This document shows positions 14,601-25,600 of a stretch of 64,000 nucleotides of DNA, piece after piece. This stretch comes from Paragordius varius (Eukaryota > Animalia > Nematomorpha), in assembly GCA_964247055.1 (NCBI GenBank), contig OZ176051.1, positions 13,826,001 through 13,890,000 of the forward strand, written 5' to 3'. Each line of letters starts with the position of its first letter. Position 1 is the stretch's first letter. A model generated the notes under the pieces. The model did not search any database, was not told the origin of the DNA, and was given only the letters and a program-made list of their open reading frames with translations. The position numbers and the translations under genes were made by a program.

Positions 14601-16114
14601 TTGTCTTTTGGAAAAAAATATTTGTCTTTATATTTAACGTTTTGTCCATATAATTTGAGTTTTAACTGTATATTCTCTAGTACAAATTTAATTGTTTGAA
14701 CACGAATACAATAATATGATAATTTAAATTTTAGAATTTACGAATTTCACTGTGAGATATCCGAATATTTTTTAAAACATAAACAGGTCAGATTTTAAGC
14801 TATACATACACACGCTAAAATTATCTATATGGAAGAAATAATTTTTGAAAAAAAAATGAGTTAATTTTGATAATATTATTATTGCTGCAATTATAAATGT
14901 TGGATTATTACTACAAGTGTAATATAAAAATTAAAATATAAACTACTAAAAATTAAATTACCATTGTTTTGTGGGCCAATGCATTAAGGACAATCGACTA
15001 GATGAATGATGTGGTCCACCTAACCTATCCTCAATATATGTGAGATATTGACCACAACCACTAAATGCTGGACATCTATAAGCCCCATTGTTTAAAAGTA
15101 CTTCTATGGTTAAAATAAAAATCCAATGACAAAAGGTAATAGTTTAATTTCTTAAATTATAGCTATCATTTTATAGTTACAAAAATTTAATTTTAACACT
15201 TGGATACAACATATTCATTTCAGTTCTTCAATTCAAATGGGGGTATTTGGATGCCCCAGGCTTGTTTAAAATTAAATACTCCAAAAAATATTCAAGGGTT
15301 TGAAACCTTGTCGAATGTTTGCACTTATATGACATTATTGAACCGAAATATAAAAAAAATTATTCAAAAATATTTGAAATTATTTATTTTATGGTAAAAC
15401 CCAAAGGTAAAAATTTAGTCAACCTGACATATGTGCATTAGCTAAATATAAAAATAATACATAATGAACCATTTTTCTGTTTTTATCAATCTTAGATGTG
15501 ATTTAAATATGAGCTTTAATTTGAGCTTTAAAATTAAATAAACTGGATATTTTGCAAAAACGTTACAATATTAAAATGGCGCCTAAGTGGTTTGATATGA
15601 AACTTTTTTTCAAAACTAAATTTTATTTAGTCCTTTCGGGTTGTTTATATATAATTTTTATGAGGATAAAAGCATAAATTTAAATAAGGACCGTTTCTTC
15701 CAGTAGTTTTTTTAAAATATTAAAATTAATATTGCCTGGGGTATTTAGATACCTTAATTATCAAAGTGTTAAATCTTTGATCATTTATTTTTTATATGGA
15801 GATTTGAGAATATAACGCGTATATATATATATATTTATAGTTCATATACTACAAGAGTATTATATCGGTTGAGTAATAATAATAATAAAAAAGCTCTGTA
15901 TAAAATACATTTATTTTAGAGGTATATGGAAATCAAATTATATTACCGAATGTTTGAGACGTTTCAACATTTTGTGGATCAAAACTAATGGAGCATAAAC
16001 AAGTCCGTCGTGTAGTTATAAAAATAATTCCTTTGGGATACGGTTCTTTATAATAGCCTATAAAGACAATTGCCCAGGTTTTGGAATTTGTATCATTGGG
16101 ATACCAGGTAGCCT

Positions 16115-16197
<83 letters not shown>

Positions 16198-18950
16198 CTC
16201 AACATTGAAAAAAAGCTTTATATAATCATACCTATATTAAAATATTAATAAATTAACATTTATTGATCGCAACAGTTATATAAAATATACATTTTTAACC
16301 CAATTTTTATTCCCAGGCAAGGTTAAAAGTATTGTAGCCACCTATTTATCCTTACAAATGTCTAAGGATGATCTTTTGATACCCAAATGGGTCAAAAGAC
16401 AATTGTTTTAATTTAATCATAAACCGTATAACAATTTCCTTAAGCATATAAAAGAACATACGGATTACAAAAAAAATTTATGCCAAACAAAGAAAGCTAG
16501 ATGTCTATGGCATTAACTAATATGTAATTATGATACCAGAAAAGCATACTCATTACTTTAGATATAAAGATATACTTTGTAATCAATTTTAAACTTTATA
16601 CATGTTGTAGGTGTGACGGATAATAAATTCACGGTAAGTCTTTTATGCTTTTTTTATGTTATAATAATTTCTCATAACAAAAACTGCTTGCCGCATCGCA
16701 TACCAACTAATACATAACAAGCAATTAAACATATACAGTGGCGTATGGCATAAAACAATATTAGTCTATTAAAGAATAATAAAATGTTTTTTTTTTAAAA
16801 AAAAGGGGATATTATGGATATGTGCATATGAAAACTAGGCTTATGTGTATATACAAATTAGGCTTTTCTTTTATGGACTATTAATGTTTTATGCAATACG
16901 CTAACTATATTTAACTCTTGTACCTTATAACGACATTACATCGGCCAATTATTTCCCTAAAAATAAGTCTTGGTAGTGGGAAAAAAAGAACTATTCGATT
17001 ATCACACGCGCGCAAAAACATGACACTATTTTGCAAGATATACCATTTACACTTCAAGTTGGTCCTTGAACAATTTAAGTTGGTCTTTGGACATTTCAAG
17101 TTCGCCCTTGACCATTTTAAGTTCGTTCTTGAACATTTTAAGTTGGTCTTTGAACTTTTTTACGCTGGTTCTTAAAATTTTTATTTTGGATTTAACCATA
17201 AATTTTGCGTGTATTTTATCAATATTTAGCCTATGTTTATTTATTATATATTTAGTTATTTATAATTATAAATTTTTGATTAAAAACCAATTTTTTGTTT
17301 AAAACTTTTTATTCTAATCCAATAAAAATTATTTAATTATTGTTTTCACAAATACATGTTAAAATAAAAATTTGGATAAATCAAGAAAATAAATAAAATA
17401 TACTAATACACGGTTCAATTGATAAAAGTTCAGAACAAATTAAAAAAGTTGAACATAATAACTATAAAAATGATCAAAGACCAACTTGAATTGTTCAAGG
17501 ACCAACTTGAAATGAGGACAAAACTTGAATGATATAAGGTATAAGGCCTATTTTTTTGTTTGTCAGTTTTTATATTTACAGGCTTTTGAATCTAATGAGG
17601 GAAAACTATTGTTTAATTCCTTTAGACAAGGTTTTATCGAGTTTGCTGCAAATATCGAGACCAAAAATAATGTTGAGACCCGCTATTTGATTCATACTAA
17701 TATATAAGTCTTGATACTTTCAAGTACCGATATCATTACATAATTGACAAAATATTTAAATCAAAGAATATAGCTTTCTTTGAATGAATTTTTGTGTAGT
17801 CCCGTGTTTCAAATCCATATTCCCTAAATTCATTCATGTTCCCTTATAAATTCATTCTGATGATATTCATTGTGAATAAAAATGGTTTTATAGTTTTATA
17901 CAAATTGATAAATTTTATCCAAGAAAATACAGTAAAATTAAATTATATGTAAAATTTATATATAAAAGACCACCATACTTTTCTAAACCTTAATTTTTCA
18001 AATATTACACATTCTTTTAACCTCCAAAGAATATAATAGAGATGTATATTGGTAACATAATCAATTACATATTATACGAATGTTATTTAATGATATCTTT
18101 AGGATAGATTAAGGTATGAAAAAGTATGAGGTCGTCTTTAAGAAAAATTTTGTCTTTATAATTTCCATTTTCACTGTAATACAGCTCTATCCAGTATAAT
18201 TACAGATGAGGGGGCTATATGTTCCGGAACAGCTAAAGAACACTTATCAACTTTCCAAACTGTTGATTGGGATGTCAATGGAGAGATGATTTTTAAAACA
18301 TTCAATTTGGGATTTTTAACATCAAGCATGGCTTCTCCAAAATTTTCTTGATACTTATATTGATCATAGGAATATGTATTGCTTTCTGCCGATACGTCAT
18401 TACATTCTAATTGATTTTTAACTACTTTTTGTTCCGAAATATATAAAATAGCGTTGGATAATGGGTTCCATTTGAATATCCCAAAAACACCTAAAATATT
18501 TTGGGAAAAATAACCTTTGTTATGTATTATTTGTTCATTGAAGCCAGATTTTCCCATATCAGCTCCAATAACATATATTCCGTTATGATAAATCTTAAAA
18601 GTAGAAGTTTACACAAATACTGTTAAATAGAAGTTATTTTTGTCATCTTTAGTTATTATAGCTTTATATGCAAAATCATCTGTAGTAGCTGATAGATATC
18701 TAGTCTTAAAATCAATATAATACTCGTTAGTTACATCATAAACCGAACCAAATTGAATGTGTGATAGTTTGGGATAATTTATCGTTCTTGCATACCTGAC
18801 TTTTTCCATTTTAATTGGGTCGGTATAAGATGTTTCTAAATAAATTTCTAGTTGTTCATTAGATGATTCATTTGGAATATTAAAAAGTTTTCCCCGGTAT
18901 GTGGTTGATTGTGAAATACAATCCGAATAAACATTTTGAGATGGCAACAT
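470..18950 (-). CDS. APEH: Acylamino-acid-releasing enzyme / acylaminoacyl-peptidase (S9C serine peptidase), 15 exons, about 820 aa
   Basis: GT-AG exons with consistent phase: 18621-18950, 18204-18593, 15947-16112, 14962-15103, 11863-12158, 11049-11131, 10098-10367, 9721(or 9667)-9774, 9412-9538, 8956-9044, 8693-8815, 8286-8365, 2061-2169, 1839-1945, 470-572. Motifs: MEKVRY, ENFGE, IVFIGYYKEP, VMPHGGPH, VNYVGSSGYG, catalytic Ser GGSHGG (8726-8743), RNPVID..SDIPEW, Asp in LGDRDVRVP, His in YPSGH, stop TAA at 470-472. Start codon and the 9.7-10.1 kb junctions are less certain. Confidence 0.93.
2218..2734. mobile_element. MITE, CCATTT family, with roughly 13 copies of a 21-bp unit (CCCTTGAACAATTCAAATTCA-like)
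   Basis: TIR TCATTTACAGTTCAAATT / AATTTGAATTGTAAATGA; array at about 2230-2520. Confidence 0.85.
2915..3802 (-). mobile_element. Penelope-like element, inverted copy of the 3' part (copy A)
   Basis: Minus strand encodes a GIY-YIG endonuclease fragment LPGIYKATCSCTKVYVGETSRSINFRLKEH (about 3400-3480). Reverse complement of the PLE parts of 4045-7365. Confidence 0.85.
2983..3022 (-). ncRNA. Candidate degenerate minimal hammerhead ribozyme (PLE copy A)
   Basis: ACT-TTGATCA-A-GATCATG(CTAA)CCTGATT-GAA-ATAT-A-AGT; paralog of 7255-7294 with stem II mismatches. Confidence 0.38.
4190..5631 (+). mobile_element. Non-autonomous Helitron (1442 bp)
   Basis: Starts A|TCTATATATTTGTAAAAATGG, ends CTAG|T, no TSD; same family as 44001-46075; flanks rejoin into continuous PLE sequence. 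Confidence 0.85.
5729..6720 (-). mobile_element. RTE-type non-LTR retrotransposon, 5'-truncated with an inverted 5' segment, 11-bp TSD
   Basis: GCAAAATCTTA at 5718-5728 and 6721-6731. Plus strand from 6541 reads AGLHQGSVLSPILFITIMD..PWEMLFADDLVI; minus strand from about 6470 downward reads ..ELVDSFVYLGDVI..IKKRIQQGWIKFNQL. Confidence 0.85.
7255..7294 (+). ncRNA. Candidate degenerate minimal hammerhead ribozyme (PLE copy B)
   Basis: ACT-ATGATCA-T-GATCATG(CTAA)CATGATC-GAA-ATAT-A-AGT. Confidence 0.45.
11393..11628. mobile_element. MITE, CCATTT family, short copy
   Basis: CCATTTACAGGTCAAAATCACCCT ... AGGGTGAATCTGAATTGTAAATGG; TA context. Confidence 0.8.
12222..12811 (-). mobile_element. Short Helitron deletion derivative (590 bp)
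   Basis: 5' A|TCTATAATTTTTAAAAATGG, 3' hairpins then CAAG (mutated CTAG)|T; lies in an APEH intron. Confidence 0.8.
14379..14668. mobile_element. Tc1/mariner-like MITE (TA|CAGTAAAAATT...ACTG|TA)
   Basis: Long imperfect TIRs and TA TSD. Further copies: 1533-1796, 10412-10690, 17930-18176, about 19851-20136, 23098-24728 (split by a PLE), 62719-63005; decayed pieces near 7960-8265 and 21650-21850. Superfamily inferred from termini only. Confidence 0.82.
15197..15768 (+). mobile_element. About 575-bp MITE with TTAA TSD (piggyBac-like termini CACTT...AAGTG)
   Basis: TTAA|CACTTGGATAC ... CAAAGTG|TTAA. Paralogs: 49543-50125 (-), 52006-52577 (+), 62204-62692 (-, internally deleted); fragments at about 58130-58331, 60050-60180 and 46880-48358. 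Confidence 0.82.
16119..16194. repeat. (TA)n microsatellite, about 38 units
   Basis: Direct reading; abuts the APEH exon 3 acceptor. Confidence 0.97.
16736..16908. mobile_element. Small MITE (CAGTGGCGTATG ... ATACGCT), paralog at about 21120-21290
   Basis: Inverted termini and shared internal sequence between the two loci. Confidence 0.6.
17043..17532. mobile_element. MITE, CCATTT family, with about five left-arm 21-bp units
   Basis: GTCCTTGAACAATTTAAGTTG-like repeats; right end degenerate. Confidence 0.75.
18594..18620 (-). other. 27-nt spliceosomal intron (APEH intron 1)
   Basis: gtatttgtgtaaacttctacttttaag; carries an in-frame TAA; removal joins NNFYLT to IYHNG. Confidence 0.85.
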
Positions 18951-19067
18951 TTTTATACCACGCTTTGAAAAAATGGTAATATCGTATAATCATGTGTGTG
19001 GACGGGGTATTTAAATTCAAATTATTGGTAAAATAATTTATTTTACCAAGCTTGCATATCATACAAA
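18951..19067. promoter_or_regulatory. Putative bidirectional promoter shared by APEH and LanCL
   Basis: 117 bp between divergent start codons. Confidence 0.65.
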
Positions 19068-22000
19068 ATGAGTCAAGATCGTTATTTCATTAATCCTTAT
19101 AACGAATTAAACGTATTTTTTTTATTTCATAACCAAGGTTGATTTGAGTAACTTTGAACCATCTCTATTAAAATTATTTTTTGATCTATTTTTGCCTTAT
19201 GAATCGGATAAAGAAAAAGATGAAGCAAATTTTACCATATATACAGGGATATCGGGTATTTTCTTTATATATAAATCTATAAACAGGATATGCATTTTTT
19301 TACATTTCAACTTATACTAAATTATCGAATTTCATGAAAAGTAATCCCAAAGCTTGGTCAGATTTCATACAAAATTACAATAAAGATAAGGTTAAAGGCA
19401 CTTTTTGGGCTGATTTATTGCCAAATTTATTGAAACGAAGTGAACATTACGTCAAAATTGCTGTTAAAAGATTCGAGCAAACACCCAATAAATTTGTAAA
19501 AGATCGAATTTCCCCGTTTGCAGGTATCAGTGGACCCTATTTTGTTGCCATCCTCTACTACAATGCTTGCCAAAATGTAACGAAACGGGAAACATACATA
19601 AATAAGTAAAATTCATATTTTTTGAAATTTTTTCCAAATATAATTATTACAATATAATGTTTATTTATTATTATAAATGATTGAAAATGTCAAAACCATT
19701 TTGTACATCGTTTTATTTTCCAAATTTTGATTCTTTTTATCACAATTAGTAAAATCCTTTTCATTTTTATATAAAATAAAAAAATGAATTATTTGAGAAA
19801 CTTAGCTTAGCTAAGCTGAGCTACTTAGCGCTTTCTTTGGGTTGCATTTTACGGAAAAATTGAAATTATACGGGTAAAACGTGAAAATATAAAAACAAAT
19901 ATTTTTTTCAAATAGGCACCTATACTTTTTTGATCTCGATTTTTCAATATATAGCTCATTGTATAAAACTACAAAGTATAAAATAAACATTTATATTGGT
20001 AACACAATCAATTACATGATTGTAACTAACTGTTTTTACTAGGATAAATTAAGGCTTAAAAAAGTATGGGGTTGTCTTTTGAAAAAAAATTTGTTTTTTA
20101 TTTTTACATTTTATCAGTAAAATTTCATTTTTACTGTATATTTTAGAGTGGCCATTCAATTTTGTAGGCTATTATACCTCCTAATAATTTTTTTGATATA
20201 AAAAGCACTTTATTTATATAAATATTAATTTGTTCTTGTTTTTAAGGTATTTGGATTTCTACGACATTATAAATGATGTGTTTGATCGCAAATTATCAAC
20301 CAATTATCCGGCAGAAATATTGTATGGCATGTCGGGTTATTTACTTGGAGTCCTTACTATTCATGACATTTTACGAAAAACGGGTTTCGTTACTTTTAAA
20401 ACTTATCAAAATTATAATTTTTTATAATTTAGAAATTGCATTATATATATACCATTTACAGTTCAATCCACCCTTGAACAATTCAAATTTACCCTAAAAA
20501 TAAATTATGTGTTTTCGAACTAATATAACTCATTATTAATATGAATTATATCTTTATGGTGCATAGTTTATTATTTTTTAGTATTATTTTAATTTAAAAC
20601 AAAATTTTTATTTTTAAAAAAAAATATATAAAAATATAGGTATTTTTTAATCTTAAAAACATATATTTTAATTGAGGCTGAATTTGAATTGTTCGAGGGT
20701 GAATTTGAATTGTAAATGGTGTATATATAATTTTTATAGCAATACTAGATAAAGATTTGCCCTGCCAAGTGTCATGCAGTATAAATGTCAAAATGATACA
20801 TAGTGTAGATGTGTTGATTGAAAAAACGGCATGCATAATTAAAAATGTACATATAAACGAACTACGCATTATTTAAATAATTAAAACAGAAATGATAAAA
20901 CGTAATGAAATTAATTTATTTATCCATATCAGTATAAAATTGTGACAATATTAATTAATTTTATATATGCCCTTGTCATTTTTAATTAATACATTTTAAG
21001 CATATTTCCAGTAATAATCTTTAAAATATTTAAATCTTATGGCATATATATAGATATATAAGCCAAGTGTTTTGATAAAAATTGGAAATACAGTTGAATG
21101 GATGGTATAATATATATACAGTAGGGTATGTCATAAAACATTATTAGTTCATAAAAGAATAAAACAATTTTTTTAAAAAAAACAAGCCTATTTATATATA
21201 CACATATCCATAATATCCCCTTGTTTTTTTAAAAACCATTTTTCTATTTTTTCATGAACTAATATAGTTTTATATCATACGCTATTGTATATTAATATAA
21301 AATTAAAAGGTACGAAAAAAAATATTTTAAATAATACTTATAAAAATAAATTAAAGAAAATGGGATGGCTTAAAGACAATGCCTTAATTCGGCGTGAAAA
21401 GCGTCGTACGAATAAAAATTATAAAAAAGTTATTTATTAATTTATATTTTGCTATATCAGAAAATTTTGTCTGATATATATTTCGTTTCATATTAATTAC
21501 GGTAAAAACGGAAATTTTACAGTTTCAAATTTAGTAAAAATATAATGAAAAACTTATTTTTTTATAAAAAAATTCCTCCGCTCTTTACTACTTTTTTAAA
21601 ATTAATTTATTTTTATTAATTTTCTAATAACTTATTTTTTAAACTGAAAAAGAGGTGTGTATTGATAACACAATCAATCTCATATATATATATATATATA
21701 TATATTACAATTGTTATTGAATAACCTATATATTTTGAAAAAAAGGTTAAAAAAAGATAGTAGGGGTTGTCATTTGACCAAAAAATATATGTTTTGTATT
21801 TTCGTTTTTACATTTCATATCTGTATAATTATAATCAATTTTTCTGCATATATATAACAAATTTATTTTTCTTTCGTTAATTGGCTATAAATATTTGTTA
21901 AAGAATGAAAAAAACAAGAGTTCTATCGTATTAACAATATTATCATATTCCTCAAAAAAAGTATAAGAATTACCATAGAGCTCTTAATTTGTTCCATTCT

Positions 22001-22626
22001 TTAACAAATATTTCTACCCATTTAACGACGAAAAAAAATTTTTTTGATATAATAAAGGTTACATGACCGTATATATATATATATATATATACCATTTGGA
22101 CTTCAAGAGCCTTGAACATTTCAAGTTGGTCCTTTGACTTTTTTGTTTTGTTTTTAATTTTAATCAATCTCATCGTAAATAATTCATCTATTTTATTGTT
22201 TTTAACCTTTTTTCTATTATTTAACATAAATCTTAAATCGATATTAATTTTATTCTTTGAGAAACCGTATATCTTTATTAATTTCTTAAAATAATATTGG
22301 ATATTTATAAGATTTTAACACGAAATCAAAAAATATATAAGTTTTCTGGGTTATTAATTAAAATTTTTCATTAAAAACATTTAAAAGTCAATAATTTTGT
22401 TCAATTGAAAAAAAAATAGTTTGAAACAAAAAAGTGGTTTTTCAATAAAGATTTTAATTTTTAAATGAATAAATATATAATAAATAAAGAAAATTAGGTT
22501 AATAAATAATAAAATAAACAAATAAATGCAAAAATTATGGTTAAATCAAAATTTATACATTTTAAGGACCAACTTGGACTGTTCAAGGACCAACTTGAAC
22601 TGTTCAAGGACACCCTTGAAGTGCAA

Positions 22627-22663
<37 letters not shown>

Positions 22664-25600
22664 TATAGTTATCAGATCAAATAATAGTTTATGGGATGAG
22701 TTATGGTAAAAAGCATAAAAGCTGCTTGATTTCTACTTCGTCGTTCCCCCTTATGTTTGAATGGCATGAGAAACAGTATTTAGGAGCAGCTCATGGTATC
22801 TTTGGGATACTTTATACCTTATGCTGTGTATATGCCCCTATTTATATTCATATTTATATTGCTATAAAAATTAATTTTATAATAATACCCCATTGAAAAT
22901 TAGTCCAACGATTATCAGGTTTTCTTAAGTTATATATTAAACTTGTGTGTTTACCATTTAATTGTATATATATAACTTTTTTCTAACATTAAGCTTTTTT
23001 ATAATATCATTTTATATTTTAAAATAAAATTTCAGTTTTGTAAAGTTTAATATTTATTACGGTATTATATATTGATTGATTGATTTGCTTTATATTACAG
23101 TAAAAATTTAAATTTTACGAAGGACAAAACGTAAATATATATAATATTGTCAACGAGAACGAATATTTTATGTTATAATAATAATTTGTATTCTCGTAAA
23201 ATTTATTGAATTCAAACTATATCCAAAATTTTCGATACATGAGAGTATCTTTTTCAATGGATTAACTAAAATAAAAGATAATAATAATAAGATTAATTAA
23301 AACAAAATTTGAAAAATATAATTATAAATTATGATAACAAAAAATGCAAAGTGATGTGCAGTTATTGTTTTTTCCTTGGTGTGGTAAATATTTTGAAGTA
23401 ATCTGTTTCTTTTAAGAAGTCTTTTGTGACTTTGTTAAGATCTTTCCTCTCTTCTCTTCTGTTGATGAGGTGTGTAATGTTTGAATGGATAAAACAAGCC
23501 TCCAAAATCAACCTATCGGATAATTTGTCGGCTTGTGCTATAATGGATGCTCCGAAGGTGTGACCTGTATTGTTGCAATGGCGTAGATGGCTGAACCTTT
23601 TTCTGTTGTGCTCTTTTTCTCTAATATTTATAGGGCGTTTAGATTGTCCAATATAGTGCGCTGGACAATCATTACATCTTTTGTGGTAGACTGTACATTC
23701 GTTTTTTGGTTCTCGGCGTGGTCTTAACAAACTTAATAAATTCGTTGGTGGTTTGTAATAAACACGTACATCCTTTTTTCTAATAATATTGTTAATTTTT
23801 TTGGATGTATTGTTATAAGTCAGGCAAATACATTTTTCGGGCGGATTTTGTTTTCCTCTTGGGTTTAATATATTGTTTATTGAATCTGTTATCCAATGCT
23901 TTTTATAACCTTGATCAAGTAATATGGTTACGATTTCTGATGTTTGAGATGTTCGTACCTTTATGTCATTTGGTAATCTAAGCGTTCTTTTTAGAAACGC
24001 GTTTGTTATGGCTTTGTAAGTTGCTACTGGATGGTTAGACGTAATGGGTAAAAATTGGTAAGAGAAAAGTTCTTTATAATTGACTTGTATGGATATACTA
24101 TTGATTCTACGGGTAAGATTGAGGTCTAAAAAATTGATACTGTTGTTCTTTTCTTCCTCTATTGTTAGTTTTAAATCGGATATTTTGTTGATAATGTTTT
24201 GAAAAACTTTTATATTGTCAATGGTGTCGATGATTAAATATCATCCACATAACGGGTATAGAGGTTTGGACGAAATTTTTCAAAAGCCTGTTGCTCAATT
24301 AGTCTCATGCAAACTTCACCAATGATTGAACTAAATGGTGAACCCATTGGAGTCCCGCGAATTTGCTTATAGAAACTATCATTAAACATAAAATAAGTAT
24401 TATGTAGCGCAATATTTATTAGGGATGGAAGCGCACTTCGATGGATCTGGCTGTTAAAATAATTTATGTTATCACAAATATTTTTTTAAAAGACAACCAA
24501 CCATACTTATTAAGTAAATTTTTGTTTAATATAAATTATTGTTTAATGTTGCAAAGTATGAAATCGATATCTATACAAATAATTAATAATATTTTTACAA
24601 TTGTAATTATATAATTTATTTGAGTAAAATTAAGGTTTAAAAAGTATGGTTGGGGTTGTCTTTAGAAAAAATATTTGTCTTTATGTATTTTTACGTTTGG
24701 TCCTTCCGTATAATTTCAATTTTTACTGTATAATTTGATACATTTTTAATAATATTGAGCCAAAATTTTTTGCCTATTTATAACAGCTTAAAAATCAACC
24801 TTTAATTCTAAAAAATAATTGGTTTTATGGGTTACCTTTTTTTACGATACATTTTTTTATTGCTAAACAGCTGTTTCAACAATTTTATTATTTGCGTTTA
24901 TTTCTTTAATATGATATTTACCCCTCCCCCCCCCCCCCCCCCCTTTATAAGGGTATTCTCAAAGTTAATTATTATTAAAGCTATAGTAATAAATAATAAT
25001 TGCTTTTTTTAAAAAATTATTCGTTTATAGTATTAATCTCTAATTAACAAATAGGTCATATTACCCTACAAATATTTAACGAAAAAGTATGAAACTCTAA
25101 TCTGTCAAACCTTGATTAATCTTGCAGAATTACAGTATCCCTCTTCAGGCAATTTCCCTTCCTCTATTCCACCAAAAAATGATACTTTAGTTCAATGGTG
25201 CCACGGATCGCCTGGAGTTATATACACGTATCTTAAGGCCGCCGAAGTTTTATTTTTGACATTTTTAAGCTGGAAAACAAAAATTCTGAATATCAATAGT
25301 TTATTTAAGTTAAAATTAATTAAAAATTAGAGTTCATAAAAGCTCTAATTACATGTATAATTATTTATATGATTAATTTGATGTGTAAATAAGAAGTTTC
25401 TTAAAATCACAACTATTATACAAAATGGGGAAAAAATATTAATAATAAACATATTATGCACTTTATGTAAAAATTAAATATACCATTTGCACTTCAAGAG
25501 TGTCCTTGAACACTTCAAGTTGGCCCTTTGACTTTTTTGTTTTGTTTTTAACTTTTATCAATCAAATCGTAAATAATTCATATATTTTATTATTTTTAAC

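Noticed and set aside
16918-17175. ORFs with heptad repeats (FKLVLEQ...; also FKDQLEL... at 25929-26141) suggesting coiled-coil proteins
   Set aside because: Artefact of 21-bp (7-codon) MITE repeats.
17575-17707. Plus-strand exon-like block after TTTACAG inside APEH intron 2
   Set aside because: Isolated, no recognisable protein and no partner exons.
24922-24942. Poly-C run (and poly-G at 12275-12296) as G-quadruplex elements
   Set aside because: Simple homopolymers; the poly-G is the variable subterminal run of the Helitron.
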